DNA of 64,000 nucleotides from Escherichia coli (GTDB lineage Bacteria; Pseudomonadota; Gammaproteobacteria; Enterobacterales; Enterobacteriaceae): NCBI RefSeq assembly GCF_051903065.1, contig NZ_CP178438.1; one strand, 5' to 3'. Shown piece by piece: positions 59,367 to 64,000 of this stretch (position 1 is its first letter; each line of letters starts with the position of its first letter). The notes under the pieces were generated by a model. It saw only the letters and a program-made list of their open reading frames with translations, ran no database searches and was not told where the DNA came from. The position numbers and the translations under genes were made by a program.

Positions 59367-60139
59367 TTATTTGATTTCAATTTTGTCCCACTCCCTGCCT
59401 CTGTCATCGCGATACTGTGATGCCATGGTGTCCGACTTATGCCCGAGAAGATGTTGAGCAAACTTATCGCTTATCTGCTTCTCATAGAGTCTTGCAGACA
59501 AACTGCGCAACTCGTGAAAGGTAGGCGGATCCCCTTCGAAGGAAAGACCTGATGCTTTTCGTGCGCGCATAAAATACCTTGATACTGTGCCGGATGAAAG
59601 CGGTTCACGACGGGTAGATGCAATTATGGTTTCTCCGCCAAGAATCTCTTTGCATTTATTAAGTGTTTCCTTCATTGATATCCCGAGAGCATCAACATGC
59701 AATGTTGTAGGGATGGCAATTTTTACGCCTGTTTTGCTTTGCTCGACATAAATATATCCATCTACGATATCAGACCACTTCATTTCGCATAAATCACCAA
59801 CTCGCTGCCCGGTAACAACAGCCAGTTCCATTGCAAGTCTGAGCCAACATGGTGATGATTCTGCTGCTTGATAAATTTTCAGGTATTCATCAGCCGTAAG
59901 TCTTGATCTCCTTACCTCTGATTTTGCTGCGCGAGTGGCAGCGACCGGGTTTGTTGTTGCATGGCCTTCAGCTAATGCCTCTCGGAATGCATCGCTCAGT
60001 GTTGATCTGATTAACTTGGCTGATGCCGCCTTGCCCTCGTCTATGTATCCATTGAGCATTGCCGCAATTTCTTTTGTGGTGATGTCTTCAAGTGGAACAT
60101 CAGGTAGCCCCCTCCTTATTGCTTTAATTTTGCTCATGT
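59367..60139 (-). pseudogene. int: Lambda-like integrase gene, 5'-truncated (about the C-terminal 256 codons remain)
   Basis: Translation MSKIKAIRRGLPD...DRGREWDKIEIK corresponds to lambda Int from about residue 100 to the C-terminus with a few substitutions; similarity stops abruptly at about 60139 where the IS inverted repeat begins. Confidence 0.9.
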
Positions 60140-61341
60140 GTATTAGTCGCGACTTGATCTGACACTGAGCCTTGAAAGGTTGAGAGTTACCGGTTTTGAT
60201 ATGGGTGTCGAATCCTTATACAAAACACGAGGTAACTCTCATGCTTCATACTAACAATCCCGTCATCAAACACAAAGCCGGTTTGCTCAATCTGGCTGAA
60301 GAACTCCGCAATGTTTCGAAGGCCTGCAAAATCATGGGCGTCTCGCGTGATACGTTTTACCGTTATCGCGAACTGGCTGATGAAGGTGGGGTGGATGCAC
60401 TGATTAACCGCACTCGACGAACGCCCAATCTAAAAAATCGTACCGATGATGCAACTGAGCGGGCCGTTGTTGATTATGCCATCGCGTACCCTGCGCATGG
60501 CCAGCACCGGACCAGCAATGAGCTACGTAAGCAAGGTGTCTTCATCTCAGGAAGGGGTGTACGTTCTGTCTGGCTGCGGCATAACCTTGAGAACTTCAAA
60601 AAGCGGCTGAAAGCACTGGAGGAAAAAGTAGCCCGTGACGGTATCGAGCTGACAGAAGCACAGATAGTCGTTCTGGAGCGTAAAGCCAGCGATGACGAAG
60701 CGTGTGGTGAAATCGAAACCGCACATCCCGGTTATCTGGGCTCTCAGGATACGTTCTACGTGGGTAATCTGAAAGGAGTCGGACGCATTTATCAGCAAAC
60801 GTTCGTTGACACCTACTCGAAGGTCGCACACTGTAAACTGTATGTAACCAAAACACCGATCACGGCTGCTGACCTGCTGAATGATCGTGTGTTGCCATTT
60901 TACGAATCGCAAAACCTGCCAATGCTGAGAATACTGACCGACAGAGGAACAGAGTACTGCGGTAAGGTGGAACAGCATGACTACCAGCTATATCTGGCAA
61001 TAAATGATATAGACCACACGAAAACTAAAGCGATGTCACCGCAGACAAATGGCATCTGCGAGCGGTTCCATAAGACGATACTGAACGAATTTTATCAGGT
61101 GACGTTCCGTAAAAAGTTGTATGGAGCTCTCGATACATTGCAATCGGATCTTGATGAGTGGCTGGCTCACTATAATAATGAACGAACCCATCAGGGAAAA
61201 ATGCGCAATGGGCGGACGCCAATGGAAACGTTACTTGATGGAAAGCGCATCTGGGCCGAGAAAAATTTAAGCCGGATGTAATCTGACAGATACCTGTATA
61301 AATAACCGGTAACTGTCAGATCAGGTCTGAGCTAATACACA
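60137..61341 (+). mobile_element. IS481-family-like insertion sequence (about 1.2 kb) at the prophage deletion junction
   Basis: Imperfect terminal inverted repeats (TGTGTATTAG at both ends, internal TGATCTGACA 18 nt in from each end); single DDE transposase ORF; no matching flanking direct repeat. Confidence 0.6.
60241..61281 (+). CDS. DDE transposase (integrase-core/rve type, IS481-family-like)
   Basis: N-terminal HTH region, then D...D...E core ending in a SPQTNGxxERF-type motif; ATG at 60241 behind GAGG (the ORF track starts at an upstream TTG at 60196). Confidence 0.7.
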   Translation: MLHTNNPVIKHKAGLLNLAEELRNVSKACKIMGVSRDTFYRYRELADEGGVDALINRTRRTPNLKNRTDDATERAVVDYAIAYPAHGQHRTSNELRKQGVFISGRGVRSVWLRHNLENFKKRLKALEEKVARDGIELTEAQIVVLERKASDDEACGEIETAHPGYLGSQDTFYVGNLKGVGRIYQQTFVDTYSKVAHCKLYVTKTPITAADLLNDRVLPFYESQNLPMLRILTDRGTEYCGKVEQHDYQLYLAINDIDHTKTKAMSPQTNGICERFHKTILNEFYQVTFRKKLYGALDTLQSDLDEWLAHYNNERTHQGKMRNGRTPMETLLDGKRIWAEKNLSRM

Positions 61342-62238
61342 TTTGTAGGCCTCGATACATCAGGGACTCCAAATTACGTTATAGATAACAACAGCAAACC
61401 AGCCCAGCGCAATACGATCATCGGTCTCTATGGCGAAATTAACGGGAACGGGATGGTAAGGGGGCCTTGGACAATTCTTGGTGCCAGAGCGCAATATAGT
61501 AGCTGGGTATCAACCATTGACCATATGTCACACCTAATCGGCACCGATGCTACAGCAGGTAACCAGGGGGGGGATACCTTAAGCGCATCAGTAAACAACC
61601 TCTGCCCATCTGGCGACTGGTCATTACTTGATGGTGTTCTTGGCGCTCCAATTGACTATCAGCTACAAGTAGTACCAGCAGAGGCATTGGTTAAAACTGA
61701 TGTAATTGAGCCTTCTGGTGTTGGAAGAGCATTTGGTGTGAATGCTGCAAGCGCCCAATGCAAGATAGTGGTTAACCTGACCAGAGCTAACACAGATTTT
61801 ATCAGGGGAGCATTCTATTGGTGGGGCGATGCTCCATTACAGATCGCATTGGAGACACAAGATAATTCAAATCAGATTTTCTTTCAGCCAGACAAATACT
61901 TTGGCATGAACCATGGAGGCTGGAGGCTTTACAGAATATCTGCCCCTACAAACGACTGGACCAAGGCATACCGTTTGGCAATCACGATATCATCTGGGAA
62001 GTCAGGATTCATAGGTGGTTCAATTTTTAGTTGTTATCAGGCCTCCCTTCTCCCTACTTTTTGTGGATGGAGGCATGTAAAAGTTCTGTCATCGGGTAAG
62101 CCAACAATCACTAACACTTCAGGTTTCGTAAATGGCATCCAGGCACACAGAACCTCTGTGCCATCATACCCAGGGGACCCTACGGTAATGTGGGTATGGA
62201 ACGGAACCACTTGGCTTACAGTGAATGCTTCTGCATAA
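61342..62238 (+). pseudogene. 5'-truncated phage structural gene, possibly tail fibre / tailspike C-terminal domain
   Basis: Frame is open from the IS boundary to the stop at 62238 with no plausible start context at the junction; Gly/Ser/Thr/Asn-rich beta-type composition; sits immediately before the gtr cassette. Confidence 0.4.
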
Positions 62239-62260
62239 AAAAGGGTGGCCTAGCCACCAT
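62236..62260 (-). terminator. Rho-independent terminator downstream of the gtrC-like gene
   Basis: On the minus strand: hairpin GGTGGCTAGGCCACC followed by TTTTTTAT. Confidence 0.6.
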
Positions 62261-62265
62261 CTATG

Positions 62266-63873
62266 CTAAATACTTATTTTAACATCTGTATATCTTTCTT
62301 GACCTTTAAATAAACCGAATTCGATCCATTCGATATCACCTTTATCAATGTTTGCCCCTGTTAAAAAACCACCGTCAAAGTTCATTGAGTCAGGGTAGAA
62401 ATCGAAATTTTGTACCTTATCTTTCCCTTTGTATTTGACGTGTAGAAAAATCTTCAGAGCACCATCTTTTGGCAAGGTAATATTTCTGTTAGTCTCGAAT
62501 GCAATACGCCCATCATTTGTAATATAAACGTTCTTAACATCCGCTTGGCGTGGAATTATGTTTTTGTTTACGACCATCTTTTTTCCGCTGAATACAATCG
62601 AGTAGTCCAGTTTCGCCATATTCCTTTCAATTGAAAGCACCCCATAGTACTTTCCATAAGACCACTTGTTATGGTAAGGATCAAACTTGTCTCCACTCTT
62701 GGCAAGTTTAGAAAAATAGAAATCAGGTATTCTCAACTCCCTTTTCCCTTGCGAGATTTGCTTGTCGATTAAATACTTTCTAACCTCTGATTGATGGAAA
62801 GTTTCTTTGTAAGATTCATACATCCAAAGGTATTGAGGTATAAAATACAATATAACCAAAGCAAATAATGAGCATGTCAAATATTTTTGAGTTAAAGTGA
62901 AAAAAGAATCCTTTAATAAAAAAGATACAGCAATCAAAACAAGAATCAAAGTGCCATTTGCAGCCCTGGGAGGATAGGAAGGTGCTGCAAACATAATTAA
63001 GGATGTGGATAATGCTGCAAATAAGAATATCAATGCTAATGTTGTTGATTTCTTATCTGTCTTTTCGCGCAAGAGATTTATTAATGCGATAATTGTGAAA
63101 GCCAGAAATAAAGGCCACATGATGGAAATGACATCGGGCATCCTGGAGTATAAATGCTCAACTAGCCTTTCAATTAAAGGTTTAGAGTACCAGGCGCTAA
63201 AAGATTTGGCTCTTTCATAATTTCCTGGAGCGGCAATTAAGGCGATGAATCCCGCTAAAGATAATAAGGTATAGATAAGCCCTCTATGGCGTAAAGACCT
63301 AATTATATACGCATTATATAAATAATAAATGCCAGAGAGAATAACAACTACCGCGCCAGTATTTTCGTTTGAGCACCCCGCCATCACTGCGAGAATGGAG
63401 GTTAAATAGATGTTATATCTTTTTATTACGCACAATAAGTATGCGCAAATGAACATGTTTGTCCAAAGGTAATTTGCTGAACCAACAATCCAGAAAGTGG
63501 TTTGCCCTAAATTTGTATTGCTTACCCAGTAAAGCATAAAAATAGTTAATATTTTTATGCAATCGAATTTATTTATCTCTCCTGCTGAAGAACCAATAAG
63601 AAATATTAAATAAACACTTGAAGTCAATGCTAGTGAATTTGCTATTGCTCTATAAAATTCAGGAATGGAAAGCATCGCTGTGCTGGCATAATCAGCCACT
63701 ATTCTGCCACTCCAGCTCTCATAGTGCTTTAAGTGCTCAGAAATACTTAATCCCTTTAACGCGTAAAGATAATCATCTGAATGCATGGGTGTATGCATGC
63801 AAATGCTAAGAGTAATAAAAAATATTACTAACAAAGATAATGTATGTAAAAAATAACTATTTATTCTAGGCAT
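62266..63873 (-). CDS. GtrC-like polytopic membrane protein (putative serotype-specific O-antigen glucosyltransferase), 535 aa
   Basis: Visibly AT-rich ORF with multiple N-terminal hydrophobic segments and a C-terminal soluble domain; start ATG overlaps the stop of an upstream gtrB-like gene (TAATG). Confidence 0.6.
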   Translation of the reverse strand: MPRINSYFLHTLSLLVIFFITLSICMHTPMHSDDYLYALKGLSISEHLKHYESWSGRIVADYASTAMLSIPEFYRAIANSLALTSSVYLIFLIGSSAGEINKFDCIKILTIFMLYWVSNTNLGQTTFWIVGSANYLWTNMFICAYLLCVIKRYNIYLTSILAVMAGCSNENTGAVVVILSGIYYLYNAYIIRSLRHRGLIYTLLSLAGFIALIAAPGNYERAKSFSAWYSKPLIERLVEHLYSRMPDVISIMWPLFLAFTIIALINLLREKTDKKSTTLALIFLFAALSTSLIMFAAPSYPPRAANGTLILVLIAVSFLLKDSFFTLTQKYLTCSLFALVILYFIPQYLWMYESYKETFHQSEVRKYLIDKQISQGKRELRIPDFYFSKLAKSGDKFDPYHNKWSYGKYYGVLSIERNMAKLDYSIVFSGKKMVVNKNIIPRQADVKNVYITNDGRIAFETNRNITLPKDGALKIFLHVKYKGKDKVQNFDFYPDSMNFDGGFLTGANIDKGDIEWIEFGLFKGQERYTDVKISI

Positions 63874-64000
63874 TACTTATTATCCTTCAAAATATAACGA
63901 GGACGCTGCTTAACCTCGACATAAATTCTTCCTATATATTCACCCAGGACACCGATTCCGATCAACTGGATGCCTCCAAGAAACAGGGTAGAAACCAGTA
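63873..64000 (-). CDS. gtrB: GtrB-like bactoprenol (undecaprenyl-phosphate) glucosyltransferase, C-terminal end only; gene continues beyond the window
   Basis: Minus-strand translation ...[37 protein letters not shown] carries the C-terminal GEYxGRIYxxVKxRPRY motif shared by GtrB/ArnC-type polyprenyl-phosphate glycosyltransferases. Confidence 0.75.
   Translation of the reverse strand, partial: LVSTLFLGGIQLIGIGVLGEYIGRIYVEVKQRPRYILKDNK

Noticed and set aside
59367-60139. Possibility that the lambda int fragment is part of a DE3-type T7 RNA polymerase lysogen
   Set aside because: The BamHI site inside int (GGATCC at 59526-59531) is uninterrupted and no lacI, lacUV5 or T7 gene 1 sequence follows; int is interrupted further upstream by an IS-like element instead.

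Overview
This window reads as a largely conserved Escherichia coli chromosomal segment in K-12 gene order (order recalled from memory, not searched): pxpCA, nei, abrB, the cryptic ybgOPQD fimbrial operon, gltA, sdhCDAB-sucABCD, cydABX-ybgE, ybgC-tolQRAB-pal-cpoB, the seven-gene lysT tRNA operon, nadA-pnuC, zitB, ybgS, aroG, gpmA, galETKM, modFE, acrZ, modABC, ybhA, pgl, ybhD, ybhHIJ and ybhC. Two accessory regions interrupt it. (1) Between sucD and cydA, the mngR-mngAB genes expected from K-12 are absent; instead there is an IS1 with an intact 9-bp target duplication, an AT-rich stretch, a LysR-type regulator gene cut off by an IS903-type element that has no target duplication, and then the cydA regulatory region. 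(2) After ybhC the window ends in a decayed lambda-like prophage at the lambda attachment site: a clean attL, a 5'-truncated lambda-like int, an IS481-family-like element at the break, a 5'-truncated tail-fibre-like gene, and a translationally coupled gtrB-gtrC-like O-antigen glucosylation module running off the window edge. I found no CRISPR array, rRNA or convincing wholly novel multi-gene system. The most interesting candidates are the AT-rich GtrC-like membrane protein of unknown specificity, the IS-remodelled prophage and sucD-cydA junctions, and the uncharacterised ybhD/ybhHIJ module. All identifications rest on reading the translations and motifs by eye; no database search was run.
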